This document shows positions 62,971 through 64,000 of a stretch of 64,000 nucleotides of DNA, in pieces; the stretch's first letter is position 1; each line of letters begins with the position of its first letter. The notes below the pieces were generated by a model that worked only from the letters and a program-made list of their open reading frames with translations, did not search any database and was not told the origin of the DNA. The DNA is from Candidatus Omnitrophota bacterium (lineage in GTDB: Bacteria; Omnitrophota; Gorgyraeia; Velamenicoccales; JABMQK01), in contig JAQTSV010000001.1 of NCBI GenBank assembly GCA_028711115.1, positions 838,032 to 902,031 of the forward strand, given 5' to 3'. Made by a program: the position numbers and the translations under genes.

Positions 62971-64000
62971 TTATTCTACTTGGTAACGCAGCTTCCACTT
63001 TCCATCAATTTTTTCCCATAAATGAGGTGATTTGAACTTATCGCATAATTCGAAGAACCGTTCTTCTTCCATGCTGATATATCCCATAACTTCTTTAAAA
63101 TATTTCTTAGGAAATTCTCCGTCAAAACGATGTACCAATGAAACCCCCTCTTGTCTGGTTAAATGCTTATTCCTAATCTCTTGTGAAGCATCATAGGAAG
63201 CCCTGCCAAGACCGAATTTAATGTAAGTGGTATAGTAATGTAATCCGTCTATACGGTCATCTAAACTATTATATTTTGAATACGTCCCTTCTGAACGCTC
63301 AGGATTGGCTTGAAATCCGCTATGCTCAACAGAGTAATAATAGGCTTCCTGCGGAGTCCACTTCAAATAATATCCTAAATAATGTACCTCTATTTTTGAA
63401 CGTTCCAAATCTTCAACGCTTGCCGGTAAATAAGTAAGGATATCATTGAGGGTTAAATTATATTTGCCCATAAGCTCCTGGACACAAACACCGGAAAGAT
63501 ATGTTTTTGAAAAATTCTCCATAGTAAAGTATGATTTATTACGTAACGAAGTGACATTATCAGCAATAGGATTTCCGTATTCTGCTTCGTTCTCACCATA
63601 AAAAATTAACGGGATACCGTATTTCGATGCAATCTTTGGTGCTAAGTTTTTCTGACCCAATATAAACGGCTGAAATGGATGGAGCAAATTCTCAATCGCT
63701 AATCTTGTCAGCAGAGCGTGTACCTTTGCATTGTAATTAAATGAAATATTATCGAATCCGCCTTTGTAAATCCAATTGCGGAAGTTTTTCCAGCCGATAT
63801 CAGTATAAATCAGAGGCGGCCAAGTAACTGTTAAAGGATGCATATTGTATTTGTATTTCAGGACATGTGCGGCGTAAACACTATCTTTACCACCACTGCC
63901 AGGGACTATACAATCATAATGCCCGTCATTACGCCGATGTTTATCTAATAGCTGGAGCAATTCTTCTTCTCTTTTTTTCCAGTTTATCTCTTCTTTTTGT
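62971..64000 (-). CDS. N-acetyl sugar amidotransferase paralogue (WbuX/PseA family), with its 5' end beyond the right window edge
   Basis: 'VPGSGGKDSVY'. The track start at 63960 is a TTG. The frame stays open to nt 64000 ('QKEEINWKKREEELLQLLDKHRR' parallels 'TDWKKRWNEVEKLCDKYRR' of the paralogue), and the expected Zn-ribbon N-terminus is missing. Confidence 0.75.
   Translation of the reverse strand, partial: QKEEINWKKREEELLQLLDKHRRNDGHYDCIVPGSGGKDSVYAAHVLKYKYNMHPLTVTWPPLIYTDIGWKNFRNWIYKGGFDNISFNYNAKVHALLTRLAIENLLHPFQPFILGQKNLAPKIASKYGIPLIFYGENEAEYGNPIADNVTSLRNKSYFTMENFSKTYLSGVCVQELMGKYNLTLNDILTYLPASVEDLERSKIEVHYLGYYLKWTPQEAYYYSVEHSGFQANPERSEGTYSKYNSLDDRIDGLHYYTTYIKFGLGRASYDASQEIRNKHLTRQEGVSLVHRFDGEFPKKYFKEVMGYISMEEERFFELCDKFKSPHLWEKIDGKWKLRYQVE

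Noticed and set aside
1-64000. Compositional heterogeneity as evidence of horizontally acquired islands. Hand counts of single 60-nt lines gave about 22% GC in orphan or membrane genes and about 40-43% in the amidotransferase and aminotransferase genes.
   Set aside because: The higher-GC stretches coincide with the most conserved enzyme cores, so amino-acid constraint explains it. A few hand-counted lines are not enough for a transfer claim.
1-64000. Search for CRISPR arrays, tRNA/rRNA genes, IS/transposase or integrase genes, toxin-antitoxin systems or phage-defence systems.
   Set aside because: No non-coding space exceeds 157 nt. Apart from the 113-nt pair and the 99-nt in-frame duplication there are no repeat arrays. 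No nuclease, recombinase or defence-type ATPase motifs appear in any translated ORF.

Overview
The whole 64-kb window is one AT-rich glycan-biosynthesis super-cluster transcribed from the minus strand. I call 60 CDS, two of them cut by the window edges. I found no opposite-strand gene, RNA gene, CRISPR array or mobile element. The largest non-coding gap is 157 nt (58779-58935), and many gene junctions are 4-nt ATGA-type overlaps, which suggests translational coupling.

Recognisable content:
- Wzx/Wzy-type assembly: a WbaP-type phosphoglycosyl transferase, a Wzx flippase and a Wzy/O-antigen-ligase-like protein.
- Glycosyltransferases: one GT26, three GT4, two GT2 and two GT-C-like membrane proteins.
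- A CDP-6-deoxyhexose module (rfbF, rfbG-like, reductase).
- A pseudaminic-acid core (pseB, pseC, pseH, pseG, pseI and CMP-transferases) interrupted by N-acyl remodelling genes: two formyltransferase-like proteins, two extra GNATs (three with PseH), a PIG-L deacetylase, a DUF4910-like protein, a class-III aminotransferase, an aldo/keto reductase, and WbuX-type amidotransferases with HisH/HisF homologues.
- A second sub-operon built around an HpcH-type aldolase and a KdsB-family cytidylyltransferase.
- Seven class-I methyltransferase genes.
- Four cobalamin-type radical SAM genes, one of them an 825-aa double radical-SAM fusion.
- A dedicated sulfate-activation and sulfotransfer set.

Most unusual points:
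- A pyruvate-kinase barrel is fused in frame to ATP sulfurylase, next to cysC and a sulfotransferase.
- The 825-aa protein joins a B12-type radical SAM domain to a SPASM-like radical SAM domain.
- A 113-nt direct repeat (109/113 identical) brackets the hisH-hisF pair and leaves a 3' remnant of an amidotransferase gene.
- Three large orphan proteins carry a GT-B-like 'HP...SS' pattern.
- The aldolase/cytidylyltransferase module may make a non-canonical activated ulosonic acid.

All function calls come from motifs read by eye in the translations. No database search was run, and the organism cannot be identified from this window.
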